Assembly: GCF_035084215.1 (NCBI RefSeq)
Contig: NW_027139442.1
Location: 5,208,001-5,272,000, forward strand
DNA from: Heptranchias perlo
Lineage: Eukaryota
Length of the DNA: 64,000 nucleotides
Direction of reading: 5' to 3'
Position numbers and translations under genes: made by a program. Positions 26,174-38,854 of this stretch are shown here, piece after piece (position 1 is the stretch's first letter; every line of letters starts with the position of its first letter). A model generated the notes under the pieces. That model had not been told where the DNA came from and made no database searches. It saw only the letters and a program-made list of their open reading frames with translations.

Positions 26174-27244
26174 AACCTCCAATAGGTTGAAATATACAGA
26201 TTGTATGGAAAATGAGACAAATAATCAGTTCATTAAACTGGGCGGGTGGGCTAGAGAGATAACGGGTGTATTTGATCATCGGCAACAAGACGCACTCTAT
26301 TGTGTTCGAGCCATTATTTTAAGTGTTATTTGCAGTCTCATTCTCCCACAACACTTACTCGGTCTGACTTCCATTACCCAGAAGGTGACGGATGTGTTGA
26401 TCATTGTGTCAGCGATTGCTGAATCAGTGAATGAAATTTGTCTGTTACTAGATGTGAGTGAGAGATTTATTCTGTCCCTGTCAGTCTGACGAGTACCGCA
26501 GTGAATGTGACACTAAGTTTCACACTGCTTCCGATTCGAGCGCTGAAAGAAAACACTTTGGATCTATTATTGCGAGTTACAGTGAAACAGCCTCTGTCAC
26601 TACAGCTGGAGAGGGATAATAGACAAACTGCATTTGATCCGAGACTGATTCTTTAGAGATCAAAGTATTTCCAACAGAGCCAAGCTGACACTATATCGGA
26701 AATGAGAACTTGCATCTCTTGTGCTTTGGACGCTGCACGATCCTCTCCCTGTATATATGTCCGAGTTAGATTGACACTGGGGGTGCAGATACCTGATGTG
26801 AAAAAGTAGGATCGAATTCAGCCCTTTCCGTACCTATTTGCCAGTAATTTGACTGTCCAAATGTGTCACTGGATGTGATGATGGGACTCAGTCTGCGCAG
26901 TGAGTGGAATTCACCTCCCTCCAATCCTGGGTGTGATGTGTGGAAATTAAACTGTGTCGTTTTCAAATACCTGATGTCGGTTAGTCTGGAATTGTCACCC
27001 TTGTCTGTTTGTGTATATTTAACACTGCTACTGTACCTGCCCAGAACTTCACAGATCAGCTCCACTCCTAACTCTCTCCCGTGTTATAACGGGCTATGAT
27101 ATGGACAGTTTATAAATGCTAGTCGTGCGCAGCTTGACATCCGCTACCTCCATTCATGAATTTCCCGTTTAATTATTTTTTTTATCTGCACTGTACCACC
27201 ATTTCAACCCAGGAGATCACAGCTCTTTCCATCGCCGATTTGGT

Positions 27245-27260
27245 GGCTCTGAAAAGAGCC
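27245..27260 (-). terminator. Histone 3' stem-loop (H3)
   Basis: Minus GGCTCTTTTCAGAGCC, then GAAAGAGCTG HDE. Confidence 0.95.
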
Positions 27261-27293
27261 TTTGTTGCACTTGGTGCTGAAGCCGGGTCGGGT

Positions 27294-27773
<480 letters not shown>

Positions 27774-28560
27774 TTAAATGGTCCAAGGGAATCCGCCCCT
27801 GGCCTGTGATTGGATAAAGTCCCACACCCTGTCAGGGAGGGACAGCTCCGGGCCTGTGATTGGCGGCTTTGAACCGAGCTCTCACAGTCAGACCGAAACG
27901 GCGGGAGGTATTGGACCCCAATTGGCTGAGCTGAAATTAATCATCAATGTCAAAAAGCCCGCCAATTTCAGAGCATCAAATAACAGTTTCAAGAAAATTT
28001 CATTTCCCTCCAGCAATTTAAGAATCTCTCTCTTTATAATCTCCATTAATTCCCACTCGTCAGCTCAAATCTCAGGCTGTTTCACATTCCGGTTCATTCT
28101 CTGATCTGTCTGGAAACCGGTGGTAATAAAGTCCCGGTCATTGCTTTCCGTAACGGGACAAAGTCAGCTTCAATTTCAAAAATCCCGCCAGTTCCGGCCC
28201 GGTGAACCGGACCTCACATAGAAACTTCACATCGAACTGATAACTGAATGAGGGCAGGAAATAAACATCGAGCAGAGAGGACACAGGGGGAGAGGGAGTG
28301 AGGAGGGATTTTACTCTGAGCGGAGAAGGTAATGTCTGGGGAAAGACTCTGTATCACCGCCTGTTCATTTATACCGTGAAACCGGGAATTCCGCTCCTTC
28401 TCTCGGGATGGCCGAGAACCCCGGCCGTTGTTTCTGATCTCCCTGTACCGAGTGTTGGGGAATCTCCCCATACTAAATAAATATCGGAAACTGATTCCTC
28501 ACCCCGAGATCTTTCCTCTCCCCGTTCCCAGGTCAGTGCTCTCTCTGTGAGGCTGTGGGT

Positions 28561-28576
28561 GGCTCTTAGAAGAGCC
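28561..28576 (-). terminator. Histone 3' stem-loop (H4)
   Basis: Minus GGCTCTTCTAAGAGCC ACCCA. Confidence 0.95.
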
Positions 28577-28611
28577 TTTGTTTTGTGTTCGGTTTGAAAG
28601 GGTCGAGTTGT

Positions 28612-28932
<321 letters not shown>

Positions 28933-29089
28933 TCACTCAAATCGCCGTTGAATGAACAGCGAATTTATGCTGGTTCCATTTTTATGCAGCTTGTCCCGAC
29001 CTGACTGAAACTTCCACAGGATGAGCGAGGGAGGGGAGAAGACAGAGTGAGATATTAAACGGAGAGGGGAGGAGATAGAGTGAGATATT

Positions 29090-29307
29090 GGCAACGGGCA
29101 GTTGCAGGGGCAGTCTGTAAACACCATGTATTATTGTTCAATATGTATAAATGCGTAGGCTTCAAGGAGATCTTGAAACATTTGCCTGAGGAAGGAGAAA
29201 ATCTCCGAAAGCTTGTGAATTTAAAATAAAATTGCTGGACTATAACTTGGTGTTGTAAAATTGTTTACAATTGTCAACCCCAGTCCATCACCGGCATCTC
29301 CACATCA
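29090..29307 (+). mobile_element. Penelope-like element terminal (pseudo-LTR) fragment
   Basis: CCTGAGGAAGGAG...CTCCGAAAGCTTG...AAATAAA...TGGACTATAAC...CCAGTCC...GGCATCTCCACATCA; flanked by TGAGATATT at 29081-29089 and 29308-29316. Confidence 0.75.
29180..29220 (+). ncRNA. Minimal type I hammerhead ribozyme motif
   Basis: ATTTGC-CTGAGGA-A-GGAGA(AAA)TCTCC-GAAA-GC-TT^-GTGAAT; helix I ATTTGC/GTGAAT with two G:U pairs. Confidence 0.65.
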
Positions 29308-29916
29308 TGAGATATTAAACAGAGAGGGGAGGAGACAGTCAGAGTGACGCACAGACCCGAGAGCCGCCTCTGACCTTCAAGCTCCACCTCCAGCTTTCTC
29401 CACCCGCCGATTTCAAACCGTTTATCGATAATAGAACCGAAACACAGCGCTCCGCACAAACCCTTACAGACTCGGGCTTCATATTCAAGGATTCCCAGAA
29501 ACCCGGAGCTTTTAAATAATCCCCGTTACAATTAACAGTCAGTAATATTTTTGCCTAAATACAGTCCCTTCTATAACAAGTCAACCCGCTTCCTTCCATT
29601 TCAGACTCAGACCGGATTCTATCTCCCCACACATCCCCTCCCAGACGGGTTCAGCAGTTTACAAACACTTTATTCCAGTTGATTTGAAGAATCTCATGTG
29701 TTGGGGTTTGAATTGTGATAGCGGCGGATCTCCGCCAGTTTTACCCTCTCACGGACTCTCGCCCTGAATCTGTGAGAAAAAATAAACTGGGATTGTTGCG
29801 GAACACGCGCCGGTTACAGTGAGGCCCGGCCCGGACAGATCGGAAACTGCTTCCCCACCCCGAGATCTTTCCTCCCCCCAGTCCCAGGTTAGTGATCTCG
29901 CTGTGAGGCGGTGGGT

Positions 29917-29932
29917 GGCTCTTGGAAGAGCC
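29917..29932 (-). terminator. Orphan H4-type stem-loop
   Basis: Minus GGCTCTTCCAAGAGCC ACCCACCGCCTCACAG; flank matches H4 3' flanks at 28490-28576 and 48069-48120. Confidence 0.85.
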
Positions 29933-30111
29933 TTAATCTTGTGTTCTCTCTATTTTATTCCAGACAGTGGGGTTGGGGCGGGGGTGGCGAATGTCAGCGA
30001 GTCACCAGGACCCTGGGTTTATTTTCAATGATTTCCATCTGAAATCTGAGCCCGGCCCCGGGACAGGAATCATCTGATTCCGGGGTCAGCTCTTTTCTGA
30101 GAGACGTGGGT

Positions 30112-30127
30112 GGCTCTGAGAAGAGCC
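30112..30127 (-). terminator. Histone 3' stem-loop (H1)
   Basis: Minus GGCTCTTCTCAGAGCC ACCCA, then AAAAGAGCTG HDE. Confidence 0.95.
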
Positions 30128-30163
30128 GTTGGGTTCAGATGTTCACAAGTTGCACTTGATTTT

Positions 30164-30799
30164 TTACTTCTTTTTGCCCGCTGCTTTCTTGGGCTTTGCT
30201 GACTTCGGCTTGGGCTTGGCCCTCGCTTTTTCTACCTTCTTCGCCTTCACCGGCTTGGGGGTCTTGGGCTTCTTAGCCGCCGCTTTCTTCTTAATTGGTG
30301 ATTTCACCGCCTTTTTCGTGGTTGATTTCTTGGCAACAGGTTTCTTGACCGCTGATTTCTTGGCGGCCGGTTTCTTGGCCGTTAATTTCTTGACGGCTGT
30401 TTTTTTGGTCGCTGGTTTCTTTCCGGGAGATTTCTTGGTCACTTGTTTCTTCACCTTCTTTCCCACTTTTGCCTGAGTTTCCTTCTTAGCGACTCTGAAG
30501 GAGCCCGAGGCGCCCGTGCCCTTGATCTGCACCAGGGAGCCTTTTTCCACATTTCTCTTGATACTTAATTTAATCTGGGACCGCTGCTTCTCCACATCGA
30601 GGCCTTTGGCAGCCAGAACCTTCTTTATCGCGGCCAGGGATATCCCCTTGCGATCCTTGCAATCCGCCACAATCTTGAGGATCTGTTCGCCCAACGGGGG
30701 ACCGGTGGGTCGGGGAACCGCCTTCTTCTTATTCGGAGCATTGGTTCGAGCGGCGGCGACGGCAGGAGGAGCCGTTTCGGCGGCTGCAGTGTCTGTCAT
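30164..30799 (-). CDS. H1: Linker histone H1 (211 aa)
   Basis: [13 protein letters not shown]...globular [12 protein letters not shown]...[14 protein letters not shown]-rich tail; H1 AC box AAACACA at 30944-30950. Confidence 0.95.
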   Translation of the reverse strand: MTDTAAAETAPPAVAAARTNAPNKKKAVPRPTGPPLGEQILKIVADCKDRKGISLAAIKKVLAAKGLDVEKQRSQIKLSIKRNVEKGSLVQIKGTGASGSFRVAKKETQAKVGKKVKKQVTKKSPGKKPATKKTAVKKLTAKKPAAKKSAVKKPVAKKSTTKKAVKSPIKKKAAAKKPKTPKPVKAKKVEKARAKPKPKSAKPKKAAGKKK

Positions 30800-33700
30800 G
30801 TCCGGGACTCTGGAGAAAATCTCTCTGACAGTCAGAGCTGGGTCAGAAATGAAACGAGAGGCGGCGGCACAGAGCAACTTAAAGGCACAGAGCGGACGGG
30901 GCGGAGACATCCTGCTGTCAGCTCCCGGCCCCTCCAGCCTCTCTGTGTTTCTCTCTCCTCTTAAACTTCCCGATTCCAATTAAAAGCGGGCACTCCAGAG
31001 TCCCAGACTAGCCCCTTCCTATATCTCACACCGGAATGTTTGCTGTCGAAAAACTTTCACCGGAATTGAAAGCACCAGTTTCGATTTAAACCCGTTTCAT
31101 TGCTGCACTGATCGCGCTCTCTCACCCGATCGCTGACAGGATCTCCGTTTTTCGTCTGAAATCTTGAATTGAACTCAAACCTTACCTTAATTTTTCACTT
31201 CGGAGCTCGGCAGGGGAGGAGGGCGATCCTTTGAAAGGGATTTTTTTTAATTTTACTGAAAAGCGACCCGGAAATACGGCGATGTGACCGGCCACACAAA
31301 CACAGTGACATTAATCTACCCCGCCCGCCCCTTTAACACACTCTCTCTGACACAATGTTCACATCTTCACATTCACAGGACAAACTGGTCGCCAGATTGA
31401 CAATTCCCGGGACAGGCTTTCCTCCCCGCTCGGCCTGTGCTGCAGATTCTCGGGTGTTAGTTGTAGTTTCCCAGCTCAGTAACTGTTAAACACTCTGAGG
31501 CCGGCGCTCCTCACAGTGTCTGGTCCGCAGATTCAGTGGCAGGAGACAATCACAGCTGTTGGTGTGATAATTCACATCTGGTTTTAAAATATTATACTGT
31601 TCGTACACAGAAATATGTTTGGTTAAGACGATAATACAAATTATCCGCTCTGGGCTCTTCCAGTCTCTCTGTGTTTCTCTCTCCTCCTAAACTGACTGAC
31701 AGACAATAGTAACTGGTGTCCTATCCGTCCCATTCTCAACACCCAGAGACGGCTCGTTACAGAATAAATTCAACACTAACAGGCAGTCCAGTGTCAGGCC
31801 GTTCCAGGCTGTTTCTCCCCACCTTTCCTTACTGGACTGGAGACTGATAAATGCACCGTCAATCCGGCTCATACATAATAGAAGGGACAGTGACTATCTC
31901 ACCAACAGCACCGGAGGTCTGTTCACAAACACTGAATCAGTCTTTACCTTCCACCAGGGTGTCGATATTAAGCTCAGTAACAGTATTTCGCTTTCATTTA
32001 CAGCGCTGGAGAGAGAGAAAGACAGACCGACAGATAAACAGACAGACAGAGACACACACACAGACAATGTATCAGTCTCACACTTCCTATCAGTATGTCC
32101 GTTTCACGCTCAGTAACAGTATCCCACATTCATATGCTGTGCAAAAGAGAGAGAGAGAAACTGACCTGTAATGTCCAGCATTCACCCAGTAACAAATTGG
32201 AAAAAATATTCCATTCCAATTGATATTCCAAGGTGGAGTGACAGAAGATGCAGTCTCATCTCTCACTAAAATTATTTCAGAGACAGACACATTATTAATC
32301 CCATTCTCAGGGACAGTGTCACACATTTAACCCTCTCTTGCATGTTTCACCCTTTGTAATCTTGCAGCTCAGGCCCATTCAGTATTTCTCTCAGTGACCG
32401 AGAGTTTCATTCCGATTGAAATAATCTGGGACTGTTGCTGTCAGATGTTAATCCCACACGGTCGCAGCAAACATACGGACTCCCACTTTGCTCCGCTGTT
32501 TCTCCAGGATTGGTTTGAGAAATCGTCCCTCCAGTTTCGGAGTCACGCGTTGCTTTATCAGTCAGGGAGCCAACAATGAACAGAACCCATTGGCTCATTT
32601 CACAGCCGCCCATTTTATCTATGAAAGGCCGTTTACCATCAAAAGATACCGAGAGAAACAGCAGGGATGGAAACATCGAGTTTAATAGTGAGAGATTGTA
32701 AAGTCAGTCTGGATTCCAGCGTTAGGCACTGGTGGAATCCCATCTGTTTCCATTCTGGTGCCTGTTCCTGCACTGCCTGTGGACCCCATTCCCTCTGACC
32801 TTTCTGAGAGTGATAATATACATACTGTGTGTGAGAAGGAGTTGGCTGCACTGTTCCTTTGTCTCGGGGGGAGGAAACTTCACATTCATTCTGGATCCTT
32901 CTCGGATTTGCTCAGACTCTGAAAAATTCCAATTAGGGAAAGTTTCCATCGATTTTTGTATTGGGAATTAAACCAGATATCTGCGCATGCGTGACTCAGC
33001 CCCGCCCCCAGCGCTGATTGTTGGTGAGCAGAAGAGCGCATGCGCGCTCCCCTCCCCCAGCTCGGCCTGTGGGCGCCATTCCCTCAGTGAGCGGAAGAAG
33101 ATGGTTTAAAACAGCCGGGAATGGAGAGATCACGGCCCCCGGGGGAAGGGAGCAAAGAGCAGCCTCGTTACAGCAGCTCATCGCTTCGGGACCGTGTCCG
33201 CAGATGGGCTCAGAGATCGGCATTGAATCCGGGGGAAGGTCAGGGGAGTCCGGGGGCTGTTTGTAAGAGGCGGAGTGGATCAGGAACTGGTCCCGGAACA
33301 TGGAGTGAGAGGGGGAAGGGAGAGTTCATTCTCGGGCTGTGTGTGTACAGGGTGTGTCCAGGGGAAGGGAGAGAGAATGGGAAGAACCTGCTATTTAAAA
33401 TCATTGCTGCTTTCTCTCCCCAAACCAGTAGTGAATGGTCCTGGTTTAGTTCCAGTCTCACCCTGTTTATTGTTATTGGACAGTGAAGAGTGGAAACAGA
33501 GCCGGACAGTCAGGATGTGGGGAGTTATACAAAGAGCATCTATTGAAAGCACCAGGTGACAAGTGTGAAGGACACATTTCTAACAGCGGCTGTTTGCTTT
33601 CAGTTGAACGGTTAGTCCCATGGGAGAGGGGATTTGAAACCCGACCTGTACAAAGGTCCCTGCCCCATCCGGTAGTCCCACTCATGGATCAGTGCAGGGG

Positions 33701-34479
33701 TTGCATTTTGTCTGGATGTCACTAAATTGTTCTAAAACAGCCTAACACACCTGGTATGCTGAAGCTGAGTGCTGCAGTACTGCAGTCGAGTCAGACACTG
33801 ACACTGTATCACTGGTTTTCATTTGTCGAAGCACAAAATAATTATTAACAGAGGTTTTAAACTGATCACTTTTGTATTTTCTACCACACCTGTTATTGAG
33901 TAACAAGAGATAATTTTCTTTCTACAGGCAAATCCGAGAAGGATCCAGAATGAATGTGAAGTTTCCTCCCCCCGAGACAAAGGAACAGTGCAGCCAACTC
34001 CTTCTCACACACAGTATGTATATTATCACTCACAGAGACACAGACAGGTCATCAGTTCCACAGTCTCAGACAGCAGAAGTAGTCAGTCCCACACTGATCC
34101 CAAGTTCCAGAGACACATTTTCAATCCAACAGTCAAACAGAGCAGGTGAGGCAGACGCTGTTCCATTGCACCCGAACTCAGTCCCGCTGACAGGTAGATA
34201 CAAAAATCCCAGTCCAAAGTCACAAGATCAGATTGTCAATTTCCAAGAAGTGCAGCATTCGCCATGAATTAAAAACCCCGAGATTCCAATTGAATACCAG
34301 ACAAGAAGTCTCACACCCACACGTGAGTTTAATACATGCAGTATCCATTCGAATAGTGTACCATTCGAATACAAATTGCAAGTCCAAAAATCATGTACAA
34401 TATCAGATTGAGAAATGCTGTGACAGTGTAACCTGAGAAACAAATTAGATACCAGTTTATAATATACTCATAGCATGAG

Positions 34480-37400
34480 ATTTAAAGAGACAGTATCAAT
34501 TCCTTTACTACAGGCTGATCGACACAATATATAGCAATTCAAAAATGTCACCATTTCAGTTTGAAAGAAATATTATCATTCACAATAGTACTCACAGAGA
34601 TACTGATATGATACTAGTCCAAAAAACACAAATCTTCTGATTAAAACCTCCAGCATCAAATCCTAAAGTGTATCCATGTTTACCAATTAAATACTGGGAA
34701 AAACTGTTGAAACATTAAGATAGTAAAGCGACAGTATTGAACACCATAATGTAATCTGAGAGAATAATTATATACAGATACAGAATGAATCTCACACTCA
34801 GATACAGTACAGAGACACACAAACACAGAATGAATCCCACACTCACATACAGTACTAGAGTTTGCCAGACACAGAGTGAATCCAACACTCAAGTATGGTA
34901 CTAGAGATGTCAGATACAGAATGTATCCCACACTGAAATACAGTACCAAGGACTGACAGATAGCAAAACCATCCCACACTCTCATAAAGCACTGGAGAAT
35001 GAGAGATACAAAATAAATCCCAAACTCAAACACAGTACCTGAGATTGGCAGATACAGAATGAAGGCCACACTCACGTACAGTACCAGAGTCTGACAGAGT
35101 ACAGAATGAATCTCACACTCACACACAGCACCAGAGACTGACAGATACAGAATGAATCCCACACTCACACGCAGTACCTGAGTTTGGCAGATACAGAATA
35201 AATCCCACACTCACACACAGTACCAGAGACTGACAGATACAGAATGAATCCCACACTCACACACAGTACCTGAGATTGGCAGATACAGAATGAATCTCAC
35301 ACACAGCACCAGAGACTGACAGATACAGAATGAATCCCACACTCACACACAGTACCAGAGACTGAGAGATACAGAATGAATGCCACACTCACACGCAGTA
35401 CCTGAGATTGGCAGATACAGAATTAATCTCACACTCACACACAGTACCTGAGACTGACAGATACAGAATGAATCCCACACTCACACACAGTACCAGAGAC
35501 TGACAGATACAGTATGAATCTCACACCAACATACATTATGAGAAACTGCATATATGGAAATAATTCAACACCCACACACAGTACTAGAGAATGTATATAC
35601 AGAATGAATCCCACAGTCAAATAGAGTACCAGAGAGTGACAGTTACAGCATGAATCCCACACTCACAGTCAGTACCAGAGACTGAGAGATACAAAGTGAA
35701 TCTCACAGTCACCTACATTAGTGCAGGCTGAGTTACACATTACGTACCAGAGCAAAAATCTCACAGTCGCAGATCGAAAGATACCTCATCAATTCCATCA
35801 ATGCTGGCTTAGTGACACATTACATACCAGTCCAAAAATCTCATAGTGTCAGTTTTAAAGGTGCAGTATCAATTCTATTAGCGCAGACTGAGCTACATAT
35901 TAGATATATTGGTAAATACTCATGGAGTATTATACTGAAATAAACAGTATCAATACCATTGGTACAGACTGAACTACACATTACATACGAGTCCAAAAAA
36001 CACATAAATGATTCGACTGGAAAATAGAGTTTCAATTCTATTAGCACTGCCTGAGCTGTACATTACATACCAGACTGGAAATCCCATAAAATATTAGACT
36101 AAAAGATGTAGTATCGATTTCATGAGTGCAGACTGAGCCACACATTATATAGCAGTCCAAGAATCTCATACCTTATCAGACTCAAAGATACAATATCAAT
36201 TCCATTAGCACAGACTGAGCTACATGTTACACACCAGTCCAAAAATCTCATACAGTTTAGACTGAGATACAGAATTAATCCCATTATTGCAGACGAAACT
36301 AAACATTACATACCAGTCCAATAATTTCACAGGGAACAGATAGAAAGGTACATTATCATTCACAATAAAGTTCATAGATTAAGATGTAATACTACTCCAA
36401 AACTCACACACATAGTTTGATTAAAGAAAATTGAAAAGTGTATCCATATTAACAAATTAAATACTCGATGAAGAACTGTATATAATTTAAACTATTAAAT
36501 CTACAGTTTCAAAAACGATACTGTAAACTGAAATAAGGACACCGAATGAATCCAGACTTGCACATTGTCTCAGAGACTGAATTACAGAATGAATCCCACA
36601 CTGAGATGAAGTAGCAGAGAATGGCAGATACAGAATGAATCCCACACACACAGACAGCACTAGAGACTGACAGATACAGAATGAATCCATCACTTATATA
36701 TAATACCCCTGAGACTGAGAGATGCAGAATATTCCCCATGCTCACACTCAGTACCAGAGAATGACAGATATATTATGAAACCTACAATCACATACAGTAT
36801 CCGGAACAGAATGAATCTCACTCACGCACAGTACCAGGGACTGACAGATACAGAATGAATCTCTCACTCAAAAAGAACCAGAGACTGACGGATACAGAAT
36901 GAATGTCACAGTCACATTACTGCTGACTGAGTTACACTTTACAGACCAGTCCAAAGATCTCATAGTATCAGATTTAAAGATAAAGTATAAATTCCATTAG
37001 TGCAGACTGAGCTACATATTAGATATATTGGTAAATACTCAGTATTATACAGATATAAATATTATCAATACCATTGGTGCAGACTGAGCTACACATTACA
37101 TACGAGTCCAAAAATCACATCAATGATCAGACTGAAAGATATAGTTTAAATTCTTCTTGCACCGCCTGAACTAAACATTATATAACAGTCCAACAATCTC
37201 ATACAATGTTAGACTGAAAGGTACAGTATCGATTTCATTAGTGCAGACTGAGCCACACATTATATAGCAATCCAAGAATCTCATACCTTATCAGACTCAA
37301 AGATACAATATCAATTCCATTAGCACAGACTGAACTACATGTTACTCACCAGTCCAAAAACTTCACACAGTATAAGACTGCTAGATACAGTATCAATTCG

Positions 37401-38095
37401 TTTAGTGCAGGATGAGCTACATATTAGATATCGTGTCCAAAAATCACATGTCGTGTTAGACTCAGATACAGAATTAATCCCATTATTGCAGACTGAGCTA
37501 CTCATTACATACCAGTCCAATAATTTCACCGGGAACAGATTGAAAGGTACATTATCATTCAAAATACAGTTCAGAGATTAAGATATAATACTACTCCAAA
37601 ACTCTCACACATTGTTTGAATAAAGAAAATCGAAAAATGTATCCATATTAACAACGTAAATAATCGACGAAGAACTATATATAATTTAAAGCATTAAAGA
37701 TACAGTTTCAAATACGATACTGTAAACTGAAATAAGAACACAGAATGAATCCAGACTTGCACATTGTCTCAGAGACTGAATGACAGAATGAATCCCTCAC
37801 TGAGATAAAGTAGGAGAGAATGGCAGATACAGAATGAATCCCACACTCACATACAGCACCAGAAAATGACAGATACAGAATTAATCCCACACTCACATAA
37901 AGTACCAGAGACTGAAAGATACAGAATGAATCCATCACTTATATATAGTACCTGAGACTGAAAGATGCAGAACATACCCCATGCTCACACTCAGTACCAG
38001 AGATTTACAGATACTGAATGAATCCCAAACTCATGCACAGCACCAGAGACTGACAATGACAGAATCAACCCCACTCTCATGTACAGTGCTAGAGA
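34480..38095 (+). repeat. Composite 46/82-bp satellite array with ~1.2-kb higher-order duplication
   Basis: Same units as 20080-23357; ~35800-36950 recurs at ~36960-38090. Confidence 0.88.
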
Positions 38096-38128
38096 CTGAC
38101 ATCTACTGGCCGTAAGCGAGAACTGTAA
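38096..38128 (-). promoter_or_regulatory. CTCF-like site at satellite edge
   Basis: Minus TACAG-N13-CCAGTAGATGTCAG. Confidence 0.55.
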
Positions 38129-38717
38129 CGAGGGAACAAATTCACATTAACTGTCGTGGTTGCAGAAACAGGATAATGTGCAATGTGATGGAAGTTTCGG
38201 TCTGCAACTTTTACTCTCGTATTTTTGCACTCTTTGACGGTGAAAAATGAAGACAATTGATTCATAATAAAGTTTTTGTTTCACTCATTCGATAGTTGTG
38301 AATTTACCCCATTATATTTCACTTTACATTGCGAAGTATTTCTCGCTGATTTCTCAGGATGATTTACATTGCACCTCTACCCCATTTAGACTCTTATTTT
38401 TCATGCAGTATGTGGCCTCCTTATTCCCCCAGCGAAATGCACCACCTCACACTTTTCTATATTGAAATTCAATGGCCATTTACACGGCCGTTCTGCAAGT
38501 TTATTTTGTCCCAGTCTTCCTCAATATTGACTATACGCCCTAAATCGATTACAAGAATTTAACACAGCATTACAAGTAGTTTTTGGTCCAAAAAAAATGT
38601 ACTTGCAGCTCGTCTCCATTGCCAGTTTTTTCTAAATGCCACTCGTGCAATATAATGTGAAGAATGAGTTTATCTTCTGTCCCTCTCTCATCTGCAAACT
38701 TCAATGTCCCGGGGTTT

Positions 38718-38751
38718 GGGGACATCTACTGGCCGAAAGCAGAACTGCAAC
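38718..38751 (-). promoter_or_regulatory. CTCF-like site
   Basis: Minus TGCAG-N12-CCAGTAGATGTCCCC. Confidence 0.6.
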
Positions 38752-38854
38752 AGTTCGGAACAAATTGCTGAAACCGGACAATGTGCAGTGTGAGCGTGTT
38801 TGTGATTGGTGGCAGGTACTAAATCTGATTTTTTAAACCTGCCCATTAACCTTT

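Larger units (their letters stand above)
32050..38830 (+). repeat. Third copy of the module (promoter, exon-like segments, satellite, CTCF pair) lacking histone genes
   Basis: Colinear with ~17620-24085; similarity ends at ~38830 just before the H2B CCAAT boxes. Confidence 0.8.
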
